From: Planctomycetota bacterium
GTDB taxonomy: Bacteria; Planctomycetota; UBA8108; SXIK01
Assembly (NCBI GenBank): GCA_965223265.1
Contig: OZ244999.1
Span: 3,296,001-3,360,000 of the forward strand
Reading direction: 5' to 3'
DNA: 64,000 bases
The translations under genes were made by a program, and so were the position numbers. The notes beneath the pieces were generated by a model, which searched no databases, was not told the DNA's origin, and saw only the letters and a program-made list of their open reading frames with translations. Below, piece after piece: positions 38,788-48,760 of this stretch; position 1 is the first letter of the stretch; every line of letters begins with the position of its first letter.

Positions 38788-41250
38788 GTGATGCGAGCGT
38801 TCTCATCCACCTGTCCCGCCAGAGCTAGTTGTCGATTCTGCTGCGCTGCGATTTCTCTTGCTTGTCTTGGCGTTGCAGTGACAAGCGAACTTGAAGGTGT
38901 CGACGCACCTTTCCGCCGTGGGGATGCTAACGTCGACGGTGTGGTTGACCTGGCCGATGGAGTGCGCATCCTTGGCGCACTTTTTCTCGGTAGCGGCGAC
39001 GTGTCGTGTGAGGACGCGCTCGACGCGGACGACTCGGGCGTGCTCGATCTATCGGACGCAATTTACCTTCTCCGGCATCTCTTCGCTGGCACGCCTGCGC
39101 CACCCACGCCTGGCATCGAGAATTGCGGTCTGGATTTCTTGGGGCGCGACTCTCTGTCGTGCGACGAGTATCTCCCTTCAGATGCAGCTCTCGCGTGTCA
39201 CCCACGGGCCTCGGACGAAGTTCTGCCGCTCCCTCTCTTTCTCGCTAACGATCCGGGACGACGCATCGTCGTACGGGATTTCGATGGTGACGGCAGGCCG
39301 GATATCGTCTCGGAACACAATCGACAGCTTGAGATTCGTTTTGGCGCCGCGAGGCGTGGGTTGAGTGCACCACAACTCGTTGACGTTCAAAATGCTCCGC
39401 CTTTGGACAAGTTTGTTTGCGCGGACCTTGATGGCAGCGATGGCATCGATGTTGTTCGTTTCAACGCATGGCGCTACCGAGTCCTCTCGAACGATGGCAA
39501 GGGGCGCTTTCAGCTCTCCACTGGTTTTCCTCTGTTCGGCAGCCTTTTTGGCCATTCGCCTGAGGATCGTGTCGAAGAGGCGACGATGATCGACGTCAAC
39601 GGTGACGCTGTCTTGGATCTGGTCTTTTTCACCGGTTCGGCCCAACTGATCGACAGTCTCATCGTGGTCCCTGGGATGCCCGGCGGCAAGTTTGCGGGGC
39701 CGGTGCGCTCTTTTCTTCCCACGCCTGAGACGGCCACGCTGAGGCGAAAAGCGTTCGTTAGCGCTGATTTTGACAATGACGCCTTGACGGATGTGATTCT
39801 CCTTGGAGGATTCTCAGATCCCAGCTTCCTCCTGTTGCGCAATGACGGCGACATGACGTTTTCGCCGACAAGGGTGCCTGCGCTTCAGCCGCACTCGGCG
39901 CTCGTGACGGGAGATTTCGATGGCGACGGCCGACACGATCTGATTGCGTCCGCCGAGACTGGGAGCCTGAGTCTTCTGCGCGGCGACGGCGCTGGGAACT
40001 TCGCGGCAGAGATCTTCTATGATGATCCGGCGAACCCCTTCCACGATCTCTTCCTGATCGATGACACGGCACAGAGGCGGGGTCAATTGATCGCCATTGG
40101 CTCGAAGATGGTTATCTTTGAGCGGGGTCCTCGTGGTTTTGAGCCCGCTGCTTCACTCCCCCGGTTGCACTCCGTTCAGGGGGTGGCGGATCTCGATGGT
40201 GATGGTGAGGTGGAATTCATCAGCACCGGAGCGTCTGGATTTGTCGCCCTGTTTAGTCGTGCTCGCGAGGCTTGGCGCGGCGCTCCATTGCGCTCGGCCC
40301 GTGCCCTACAAATCGGAGACTTTGATCGCGATGGGACCCCGGATCTTATCGCGACCAGGTCACGGTCGGTCGAGCTACTTCTCAATGACGGAGATGGAAC
40401 GTTCCTCCCGGTAGTCTCCCAGGCCCTGCTACGCAGCCCTCGTTTCTCAGTGAGCGCAGACTTCGACGGCGACGGATGGTTAGATGTGGCCGTGGTGCAC
40501 CGATTTGGCGTGACGGTACTTCTCAATGAAGGCGCCGATCTTTTCACTGAGCTGCCAGAGATTCTGACGGATGCGAGCCCCAGATCGATCCGAGCCGACG
40601 ACTTCGATAGTGACGGTTTCGCCGATTTGGTACTTTTGATCGGCGACAGAATTGCGGTGCTTTGGGGGCGCGGCGATGGTTCGCTCGACGGTCCGTTTTC
40701 GGAGGATCCTCGCGGTGTCGCGGCGATTGCCCTCGGCGACGTCGACGGAGACGGCAATTCTGAACTCGTGGCTTCCTATGCCGCGGGAGTTCTACGAACG
40801 TTTCGTGGCGTTGAGTCTCGTCTCATGTTTGACGAAGAAGTCTTCGTTGGTCGATCCTCGACGGCGATTGAGATCGCGGATATGAACGGAGATGGATGGC
40901 AAGATCTTCTTCTCTTGATGGGGGAGCGCATCGAGGTGCGGTTAGGCGCCCGCAGCGGAATCTTTGCTCAGAGCCCACCGCTGCGGGCGGACATTGAAGG
41001 CTTCCTATCCGGCATGCCACTGCCGCACGAGCTGCAGGTCGTAGACGTCGACCAGGATGGTATTTTGGACGTGGTCTCAAGATTCGCCGTAGACGGATTG
41101 ATCCTTCTCCGCGGACGTGGCGACGGTGCCTTTCACCAACCGGATTTTTTCGGTTGCTGCTCGGGGTCCGTAGCGTTCGCAGATCTCACCGGGAATGGTC
41201 GAACCGATGTCGTCTCTGACGGGGTCGTGTATCTCAATCAAGGCCAGTAA
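38788..41250 (+). CDS. Secreted FG-GAP/VCBS repeat protein with N-terminal dockerin-like domain
   Basis: FRRGDANVDG...DADDSGVLDLSD paired EF-loops; many DFDGDGxxD repeats. Confidence 0.88.
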   Translation: MMRAFSSTCPARASCRFCCAAISLACLGVAVTSELEGVDAPFRRGDANVDGVVDLADGVRILGALFLGSGDVSCEDALDADDSGVLDLSDAIYLLRHLFAGTPAPPTPGIENCGLDFLGRDSLSCDEYLPSDAALACHPRASDEVLPLPLFLANDPGRRIVVRDFDGDGRPDIVSEHNRQLEIRFGAARRGLSAPQLVDVQNAPPLDKFVCADLDGSDGIDVVRFNAWRYRVLSNDGKGRFQLSTGFPLFGSLFGHSPEDRVEEATMIDVNGDAVLDLVFFTGSAQLIDSLIVVPGMPGGKFAGPVRSFLPTPETATLRRKAFVSADFDNDALTDVILLGGFSDPSFLLLRNDGDMTFSPTRVPALQPHSALVTGDFDGDGRHDLIASAETGSLSLLRGDGAGNFAAEIFYDDPANPFHDLFLIDDTAQRRGQLIAIGSKMVIFERGPRGFEPAASLPRLHSVQGVADLDGDGEVEFISTGASGFVALFSRAREAWRGAPLRSARALQIGDFDRDGTPDLIATRSRSVELLLNDGDGTFLPVVSQALLRSPRFSVSADFDGDGWLDVAVVHRFGVTVLLNEGADLFTELPEILTDASPRSIRADDFDSDGFADLVLLIGDRIAVLWGRGDGSLDGPFSEDPRGVAAIALGDVDGDGNSELVASYAAGVLRTFRGVESRLMFDEEVFVGRSSTAIEIADMNGDGWQDLLLLMGERIEVRLGARSGIFAQSPPLRADIEGFLSGMPLPHELQVVDVDQDGILDVVSRFAVDGLILLRGRGDGAFHQPDFFGCCSGSVAFADLTGNGRTDVVSDGVVYLNQGQ

Positions 41251-41458
41251 CTGCGCCCAATTTCGTTTTGAGGTCCTGAGCGACTGCGAGGTGTCCATGA
41301 TTGAGTGCGACCTCTCGCGAGTTCAACCTTCGCTATCTGCAGTATGGCGTCTGGGATGAGCAACGGACGCGCCGAGGTTCTCGGCACGCCCGTCACGCTG
41401 GGGTTCGTTTCTTTCGCGCTCCGAGTGCAAGCTGCTGCGCACGCGGAGATTTCGATCC

Positions 41459-44116
41459 TCAGCCGGCTAAAGCGGAGGCCGGCTCGTCACTCGAGTCGGC
41501 GGGCACTTCTACCTCCACCGGCGGTGCAGTGGCTTTGAACACGAGCGTTCCGTCCGTGAAGTCGAGGTGCACGGTTGAGCCGTCGACGACGCTGTCGCGA
41601 ATCAGCATGCGTCCGATCTCGGTTTCGACGTGCTTTTGCAGGTAGCGCTTCACCGGGCGCGCGCCGAAGGTCGGATCGTAACCCGCCTCAGCAACGTGTG
41701 CGATGGCGGCGTCCGTCGCTTCGAGTTTCAAGTGGCGGTCGGCGAGCCGTGCCCGCAAGTGCTCCAGCTGCAGGCGGACGATTTGCTGCACTTCACCAAG
41801 CGTCAGCGTGCTGAAGAGGACGGTCTCGTCGACGCGGTTGAGGAACTCGGGCCGGAATCCGGCGCGCAGCTCGTCAAGAACACGCCGTCGTGCGCCCTCG
41901 GTGATTTCGCCGCTGGCGTCGACGCCCTCGAGAAGATGGACGCTGCCAATATTCGACGTCATGATCACGACGGTGTTCTTGAAGTCCACTGTGCGACCTT
42001 GATTGTCGGTCAGGCGGCCGTCGTCAAGGAGTTGCAGGAGGATGTTGAACACATCGGCGTGCGCCTTCTCGATCTCGTCGAACAGGAGCACCGCGTATGG
42101 CTTGCGCCTTACCGCCTCCGTCAGCTGACCGCCTTCGTCATAACCGACGTAGCCAGGTGGCGCACCGATCAAGCGAGACACCGAGTGCTTCTCCATGTAC
42201 TCGCTCATGTCGATCCTGACCATGTTGTCCTCGCTGTCGAACAGCGATGCTGCCAGAGTGCGTGCCAGCTCGGTTTTGCCGACTCCGGTCGGCCCGAGGA
42301 AGATGAAGGAGCCGATCGGGCGATTGGGGTCTTTGAGTCCGGAGCGGGCCCTGAGCACGGCGTCCGACACCGCTTCGACGGCTTCGTCTTGCCCAATGAC
42401 TCGTCGATGGAGAATCTCCGGCATTCGGAGCAGTTTGTCGCGCTCGGATTCGACGAGGCGAGAGACGGGAATTCCTGTCCAGCGTGACACGATGCTGGCG
42501 ATCTCCTCAGGCGTGACTTCCTCTCGGATCAGAGTGCCGCCCTCGGCGTCGGCGCTGCGACTGCGGTGCTCCTCGAGCTTGCGCTCCAGTTCGTTGAGCT
42601 TGCCATATTTGAGCTCAGCGGCGCGGTTGAGGTCGTACTCACGCTCGGCGCGCTCGACTTCCGTCCGCGTCTGATCGATTTCTTCTTGGAGGGATCGTGC
42701 GGCTTCGAGTTCGGTCTTCTCCTTCTCCCACTGCGAGCGCAGGAGGTCGACGCGAGTCTTCAAGTCGGCGATCTCTTCCTTTACCTTCTTGAGTCGCTCC
42801 TTGGACGCTTTATCCTTCTCTCGTTTCAGGGCCTCGCGCTCGATCTCCAGTTGTAGCTGCCGTCGACTCAGACTGTCGAGCTCCGCTGGCATACTGTCGA
42901 TCTCGGTTCGGATCGACGCCGCCGCTTCGTCCATGAGGTCGATCGCCTTGTCGGGGAGGAATCGGTCGGAGATATAGCGGTTCGAGAGCACTGCAGAAGC
43001 GACGAGTGCGCTGTCCTGGATCCGGACGCCGTGGTGCACCTCGAAGCGCTCCTTGAGCCCGCGGAGGATCGAAATCGTATCCTCGACGGTTGGCTGGTCG
43101 ATCATGACTGGCTGGAAACGACGTTCAAGGGCTGCATCCTTTTCAACGTGCTTTCGATACTCGTCGAGAGTTGTGGCGCCGATGCAGTGAAGCTCACCGC
43201 GGGCCAGCAGCGGCTTGAGCAGGTTGCCGGCGTCCATGGCCCCCTCGGTCTTGCCGGCGCCGACGACGGTATGGAGCTCGTCGATGAAGAGCAGGATGCG
43301 TCCCTCGCTCTCCTGAACTTCCTTGAGCACGGCTTTGAGCCGCTCTTCGAATTCGCCACGGTATTTTGCGCCGGCGATCAACGCGCCCATGTCGAGCGCG
43401 AAAATGGTCTTGTCCTTGAGTCCCTCGGGAATGTCGCCACGGACGATGCGCTGCGCCAGTCCTTCGACGGCCGCGGTCTTACCGACTCCGGGCTCGCCGA
43501 TGAGGACGGGGTTGTTCTTCGTGCGGCGTGACAGGATCCGCACGACGCGGCGGATTTCGTCATCGCGGCCGATCACCGGGTCGATCTTGCCTTGACGCGC
43601 CAGTTCGACGAGATCGCGGCCATAGCGCTTGAGGGCTTCATAAGTCGACTCCGGATCCTGACTCGTGACGCGCTGGTGGCCACGGATATGTTTCAAGGTC
43701 TCGTTGACGCGGGTGACGTTGACGCCCTGGTCGCTGAGCGCCTTCGCGGCATCACTGGACGGCGCTGCGTCGAGAATGCCGAGCAAGAGGTGCTCGACGC
43801 TGACGTACTGGTCGCCGAGTTTCTTCGCCTGTTTTTCCGCGGCGCGAAATACCTTGGCGAGGTCGGGGCTGAGCCCGATTTCCTGCTGGCCGGAAACCTG
43901 CGGCATGCGCGCCAAGGCGCTGGCGACGGCCTGGCGTACGGAAGACGGAGCCACCTCCATGTGCTGGAGGATACGCGTCGCGATGCCTTCCTCGTCCTCG
44001 AGGAGTGCCGACAGCAGATGTTCGACGTCAAGGCGGGGATGTCCCCGCTCAAGGGCGCTCGCATGCGCCTGCTGGACCGCTTGCTGCGACCGGGTGGTGT
44101 ATTTCTCTAAATTCAT
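41459..44116 (-). CDS. clpB: ATP-dependent chaperone ClpB
   Basis: GEPGVGKT and GPTGVGKT Walker A motifs; coiled-coil middle domain RAAELKYG; RBS GGAGGAG before ATG 44116. Confidence 0.97.
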   Translation of the reverse strand: MNLEKYTTRSQQAVQQAHASALERGHPRLDVEHLLSALLEDEEGIATRILQHMEVAPSSVRQAVASALARMPQVSGQQEIGLSPDLAKVFRAAEKQAKKLGDQYVSVEHLLLGILDAAPSSDAAKALSDQGVNVTRVNETLKHIRGHQRVTSQDPESTYEALKRYGRDLVELARQGKIDPVIGRDDEIRRVVRILSRRTKNNPVLIGEPGVGKTAAVEGLAQRIVRGDIPEGLKDKTIFALDMGALIAGAKYRGEFEERLKAVLKEVQESEGRILLFIDELHTVVGAGKTEGAMDAGNLLKPLLARGELHCIGATTLDEYRKHVEKDAALERRFQPVMIDQPTVEDTISILRGLKERFEVHHGVRIQDSALVASAVLSNRYISDRFLPDKAIDLMDEAAASIRTEIDSMPAELDSLSRRQLQLEIEREALKREKDKASKERLKKVKEEIADLKTRVDLLRSQWEKEKTELEAARSLQEEIDQTRTEVERAEREYDLNRAAELKYGKLNELERKLEEHRSRSADAEGGTLIREEVTPEEIASIVSRWTGIPVSRLVESERDKLLRMPEILHRRVIGQDEAVEAVSDAVLRARSGLKDPNRPIGSFIFLGPTGVGKTELARTLAASLFDSEDNMVRIDMSEYMEKHSVSRLIGAPPGYVGYDEGGQLTEAVRRKPYAVLLFDEIEKAHADVFNILLQLLDDGRLTDNQGRTVDFKNTVVIMTSNIGSVHLLEGVDASGEITEGARRRVLDELRAGFRPEFLNRVDETVLFSTLTLGEVQQIVRLQLEHLRARLADRHLKLEATDAAIAHVAEAGYDPTFGARPVKRYLQKHVETEIGRMLIRDSVVDGSTVHLDFTDGTLVFKATAPPVEVEVPADSSDEPASALAG

Positions 44117-44153
44117 GTCTCCTCCTTGGTTTCGCTGACCTGAAGGAGACATT

Positions 44154-44170
44154 AGCAACTGCTGTTCCAG
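44154..44170 (-). promoter_or_regulatory. Sigma54-type (-24/-12) promoter for clpB
   Basis: CTGGAACAGCAGTTGCT matches TGGCAC-N5-TTGC with one mismatch, about 38 bp before the ATG. Confidence 0.65.
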
Positions 44171-44317
44171 TCTGAAGGTTTGTTGTAAGCTGTTCTACAA
44201 GCTTAGGATAGGATCCTCGTCTCGCCCGCTGTGACTGCCGAAGTGGCAGGTTGGCTGCCTGTCTTGGAGTCAAACAATGCGCGGCTGCCAAATCGGCATA
44301 GGCGCTGCAGCCGCGGC

Positions 44318-45718
44318 TCAGATCCCGTCGATCTCTTGCACCAGCGTTGCCAGTGACGACTTAGCGTCACCGAAGAGCATCCGCGTCTTGGAGTCAAAGA
44401 ACAGGTCGTTTTGGATGCCGGCGAATCCGGGGTTCATGCTGCGTTTCATGACGATCACGTGTTCAGCGTGGTCGACATCGAGGATCGGCATGCCGTAGAT
44501 CGGGCTCGATGCATCGCTGCGGGCGGCCGGGTTGACGACGTCGTTGGCGCCGACGACCAGGGCGACGCTCGCGCGATCGAATTCCGGGTTGATCTGATCC
44601 ATGTCGTAGAGCTGGCTGTACGGTACGTCCGCTTCGGCCAGGAGCACGTTCATGTGTCCTGGCATGCGTCCGGCGACCGGATGGATCGCGAACTTGACCT
44701 CAACGCCGCGGTTCTCGAGAAGCGTTGCGAGTTCACGTACTTGGTGCTGCGCTTGCGCCACTGCGAGCCCGTAGCCCGGTACGATGATCACCAGCCGCGC
44801 ATAGCCCATCAGCATGGCTGCATCGTCGTGAGAGATCTCGACCACTGTGCGGTCCTCGTCACCGCCGGCGCCTTTCTTGGCCTTGGTGCTGCCAAAAGCG
44901 CCGAAGAGTACGTTCGACAACGGGCGGTTCATCGCCTTGCACATGATACGAGTCAGAATGAGCCCGGACGCACCGACGAGAGCGCCGCTGATGATGAGCG
45001 CGTTGTTGGTGATCACGAACCCGGAGATCGCTGCGGCAACGCCCGAGAAGGAGTTGAGGAGTGAGATAACCACTGGCATGTCCGCGCCGCCGATCGGCAG
45101 CACGAACAAGACTCCCAGAGCTAGCGAGGCGATGAGCAGGAGTGAAAAGAGCTCGACGTGTTCCGCTGAATAAACCAAGCGCGTCGCGGCATAGACGATG
45201 AAACAGAGGAGAAGGAAGTTGCACGTCTTTTGAAGCGGGTACGTGAGAGGCCGGCCGGAGATCAGCTCCTGGAGTTTGCCGAATGCAATCACGCTGCCGG
45301 CGAAGGTCAACGCGCCGACGATCACCCCGAGCTGAATGGCAAGGGCTGTGTCGATGCTGTAGTTCGATCCGCTCTCGTTTTGGTGCTGGCAGAACACCGC
45401 CGCGGAGACGAGCGCGGAAGCGGCGCCGCCGAATCCGTTCAGGAGCGCGACCATCTGGGGCATGGCCGTCATTTTGACCGTTTGCGCCAGGATCAGACCG
45501 ATCGCAGCGCCGGCGACGACCGCTCCGAAGACTGTCATTAGCCGCGACGCCGAAACTTCGTCTGGCTTCAGGAGCGTGGCGACAATTGCCACGACCATGC
45601 CGAGCGCGGCGTAGAGGTTGCCGCGTCGCGCGGTCGTCGGCGAACCCAGCTTCTTGAGTCCCACGATGAAGAGAGCCGCCGCGGCCAAATACGCAAGCTG
45701 GATGAACTGTGCCGCCAT
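44318..45718 (-). CDS. pntB: NAD(P) transhydrogenase subunit beta
   Basis: MPQMVALLNGFGG, IGGADMPVVISLLNS, HPVAGRMPGHMNVLLAE. Confidence 0.97.
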   Translation of the reverse strand: MAAQFIQLAYLAAAALFIVGLKKLGSPTTARRGNLYAALGMVVAIVATLLKPDEVSASRLMTVFGAVVAGAAIGLILAQTVKMTAMPQMVALLNGFGGAASALVSAAVFCQHQNESGSNYSIDTALAIQLGVIVGALTFAGSVIAFGKLQELISGRPLTYPLQKTCNFLLLCFIVYAATRLVYSAEHVELFSLLLIASLALGVLFVLPIGGADMPVVISLLNSFSGVAAAISGFVITNNALIISGALVGASGLILTRIMCKAMNRPLSNVLFGAFGSTKAKKGAGGDEDRTVVEISHDDAAMLMGYARLVIIVPGYGLAVAQAQHQVRELATLLENRGVEVKFAIHPVAGRMPGHMNVLLAEADVPYSQLYDMDQINPEFDRASVALVVGANDVVNPAARSDASSPIYGMPILDVDHAEHVIVMKRSMNPGFAGIQNDLFFDSKTRMLFGDAKSSLATLVQEIDGI

Positions 45719-45803
45719 TGGAGTTCGTGCCTAGGGGGATTGTGAAGGGATATCGCGCGTCGACGGACGCCTCTGCGCGGACGCGGCATGACGCGTCTGC
45801 TCG

Positions 45804-46106
45804 TCAACGTGAAGTCTTCTTTTCGTTTTTGCTCCGAAACATCTGCAGCATGCGGTCCGTGACGAGGAAGCCGCCCATGACGTTAATCATCGCCAGAACA
45901 ATGGCAACGCAGCCGAGCGCCGTGTTCAGTGCCGAACCCTCTTCAACAGTTACGAGGATGGCACCGACGACAATGATGCCCGAGATCGCATTCGAGCCAG
46001 ACATGAGTGGTGTGTGCAGCGTTGGGGGCACCTTCGTGATGAGCTCGAAGCCAACGAACATCGCGAGGACGAACACGGTGATGCCGACCACAAGAGTCTC
46101 TGTCAT
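45804..46106 (-). CDS. pntAb: NAD(P) transhydrogenase subunit alpha, membrane part
   Basis: VPPTLHTPLMSGSNAISG, GGFLVTDRML. Confidence 0.95.
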   Translation of the reverse strand: MTETLVVGITVFVLAMFVGFELITKVPPTLHTPLMSGSNAISGIIVVGAILVTVEEGSALNTALGCVAIVLAMINVMGGFLVTDRMLQMFRSKNEKKTSR

Positions 46107-47260
46107 GCGGACTCCTTTTCGTTCGTACTAGGGTCCAAGAGTTCGCGCGTCGCTGTGTGGACGACGTCTCCGTTGTGCGTGATGCACATCGCGGCGGTGA
46201 TCTCATCTTTTAAGTCGATTTCTATCTTGCCGTCGTCGTCGATCAGATGGAGGAGAAAGGTCGTGATATTCTTGCCATACATCTGCGAGGCGTCTGCAGC
46301 TGCGGACGACGGCAAGTTGAGTGGCCCAATCACGGTGACGCCTTGGTGAATCGTTTCCTTTCCAGCTTCCGTCAACTCGCAGTTACCGCCTCGCTCTGCC
46401 GCCAGGTCGACGATCACCGCACCCGGCTTCATCGCTCGGACCATTCCTTCGGTGATCAGCGTTGGGGCCGGTTTGCCGGGGATAAGCGCCGTCGTGATCA
46501 CGACGTCGACGTTTTTAAGCGCGTTCGCAATCGTCTCGAGATTGCGAGCCTGAGCGTCCTGTGACAATTCCTTCGCGTAACCACCAGCTCCCTCTGCGTC
46601 TTTGTCCAGCGGCGCAGACTGTACGAAGCGCGCCCCGAGGCTTTCAACCTGCTCGCGGGCAGCCTCGCGGACATCAAACGCTTCGACGACAGCACCAAGG
46701 CGACGTGCCGTGGCGATGGCCTGCAGGCCGGCGACACCAGCTCCGAGAACGAGAACCCTAGCCGGCGTCAGCGTGCCCGCGGCCGTCACCAGCATGGGCA
46801 TCATGCGCGACAACGAGGAAGCGGCGCGCAGCACGGCTTTGTAGCCAGCGATCGTGCTCATGCTCGAGAGCGCGTCCATGCTCTGCGCACGCGTGATGCG
46901 TGGGACACAGTCCATGCTGAAGCTCGTGATCCCGCTGGAGGCGAAGGCTTTGACGAGATCCAAGTTCAGCTGCGGATAGAGAAAGGAGATCACGACTCCC
47001 CCTTGGCGCAGGAGTTGGACCTCCTCCGCGCTGGTCTTCTCCACCTTCAACACGACGTCGCAGGCGAACGCCTCACCAGCGCTTGAAGCGATCGAGGCGC
47101 CAGCCTTTTCGTAGTCAGCGTCGCTGAAAAAAGCTCTCTTACCAGCCTCGGTTTCGACCACCAGGTCCAAACCGCGCTTGACGAGTTGCGCGACCACTTC
47201 CGGAGTCACCGCGACGCGTCGCTCACGCGCTGCCGTTTCCCGCGGAATTCCGACTTTCAT
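46103..47260 (-). CDS. pntAa: NAD(P) transhydrogenase subunit alpha, NAD-binding part
   Basis: ERRVAVTP, RAQSMDALSS, GAGVAGLQAIA, GGYAKE, GGNCE. Confidence 0.96.
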   Translation of the reverse strand: MKVGIPRETAARERRVAVTPEVVAQLVKRGLDLVVETEAGKRAFFSDADYEKAGASIASSAGEAFACDVVLKVEKTSAEEVQLLRQGGVVISFLYPQLNLDLVKAFASSGITSFSMDCVPRITRAQSMDALSSMSTIAGYKAVLRAASSLSRMMPMLVTAAGTLTPARVLVLGAGVAGLQAIATARRLGAVVEAFDVREAAREQVESLGARFVQSAPLDKDAEGAGGYAKELSQDAQARNLETIANALKNVDVVITTALIPGKPAPTLITEGMVRAMKPGAVIVDLAAERGGNCELTEAGKETIHQGVTVIGPLNLPSSAAADASQMYGKNITTFLLHLIDDDGKIEIDLKDEITAAMCITHNGDVVHTATRELLDPSTNEKESA

Positions 47261-47871
47261 CACGACTCTCCTCTGAGTGCGGGATGAGCGAGCCGCCGGA
47301 CCATCGAGCTCTCCGCCATGGATTCCACTGCCGTATCCACCATCTCCACCATACCTTCAGTCACTGCCGCAGGTTTCTCCGCGGCAGGTTTCTCCGCAGC
47401 AAGTTTCTCCGGTGAACGGTCTGTTGCTTTCGATGAGCGGTTACGGGCAACGGCTCTAGTCACAGCAAGTTCACTGCACTACCGGGCAGCTCGCCGAGGC
47501 AACAAGCGATCGATGCGACAAGCGTTCACTTACGCGCCGTCAACAAAGAAGGATCTTCCTACGAGCCGAATGAAGCGGCGCATGATACACGATCGTTTCT
47601 CTCGAGCACAAGCACGTTTAGCGACGACACAGCGTTCCGACGGTGTGCGTTTTTCCTGTATGTGACGCGGCCTTTCTTGCAAGATGGAGCGGCTATGATC
47701 GTCGCGCCCGGGGATGCCGACCCATACCCTCAGGTCGACCTCGACTCGAACGTGTGATCGATCGACGCAGTCGCGCTGCCGGCGCGCCCTACTGAACGTG
47801 TGATCGGCCGGCGTCGACGCGATCGGGGCGCACCGCATACAGGGAACCTGAGAAGTCACAGGAGTGGATTC

Positions 47872-48759
47872 ATGAAGATCGGTTTCATCGGCATGGGCAT
47901 CATGGGACAACCGATGGCGGGACACCTCGTCAAGGCAGGATACGACGTCACGGTCTACAATCGGACGACTTCGCGGACCAAGTCGCTCGTAGATCTCGGT
48001 GCCCAAGTCGCGGCGACGCCGGCGGAATGCGCCGCCGGCAAAGACGTGATCATCACGATTGTTACCGATTCGCCCGACGTTGAAGCGGTTCTTTTCGGCG
48101 ACAGCGGTGCAGCCGAAGCTGCGAAGCCCGGCGCTACCGTGATTGATATGAGCACGATTTCTCCGGACGTGACGCGCGATATCGCGGCGCGCCTGGGGGA
48201 GCGTAGTGTGGACTTTCTCGACGCACCGGTGAGCGGCGGTGACATCGGTGCGCAAAAGGGCACGCTCACGATCATGGTGGGGGGGGAGACTGACGTGTTC
48301 GAGCGAGTCAAGGAGGTCTTCGAGCCGATGGGGTCGCGCATCACCCTCGTCGGCCCCGTCGGTGCTGGACAGGTGACGAAGGCGTGCAACCAAATCCTTT
48401 GCGCCGTCAACATGGTGGGCGTCTGCGAAGCGATCGGCCTGGCAAGGCGCAATGGCCTCGATCTAGAGAAGATGCATCAGGTCGTCACTGGTGGTGCCGC
48501 AAACTCATGGGCACTCGAGAATCTCGGCAAGCAGATTATCGAGAAGAATTTCAATCCAGGCTTTATGGTTAAACTCATCGTCAAGGATCTGAACATTGTG
48601 CTCAATGCTGCACGTCACCTGCATCTTCCGGTCGCTGGTGCGGCGTTAGCACACCAGTACTTTCAGGCCAACCTCGCCAGTGATGAAGGTGATCTTGGCA
48701 CACAGGCGATGTTCAAAGTGATCGAGCGGCTCGGTAACTTCTCGCTCGAGGAGTCATGA
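47872..48759 (+). CDS. Beta-hydroxyacid dehydrogenase (2-hydroxy-3-oxopropionate reductase / 3-hydroxyisobutyrate dehydrogenase family)
   Basis: [29 protein letters not shown]; RBS AGGAG before ATG 47872. Confidence 0.92.
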   Translation: MKIGFIGMGIMGQPMAGHLVKAGYDVTVYNRTTSRTKSLVDLGAQVAATPAECAAGKDVIITIVTDSPDVEAVLFGDSGAAEAAKPGATVIDMSTISPDVTRDIAARLGERSVDFLDAPVSGGDIGAQKGTLTIMVGGETDVFERVKEVFEPMGSRITLVGPVGAGQVTKACNQILCAVNMVGVCEAIGLARRNGLDLEKMHQVVTGGAANSWALENLGKQIIEKNFNPGFMVKLIVKDLNIVLNAARHLHLPVAGAALAHQYFQANLASDEGDLGTQAMFKVIERLGNFSLEES

Positions 48760-48760
48760 A

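Noticed and set aside
44150-44180. CIRCE element upstream of clpB
   Set aside because: Only TTAGCA matches; the second arm is absent, and the sequence fits a sigma54 motif better.
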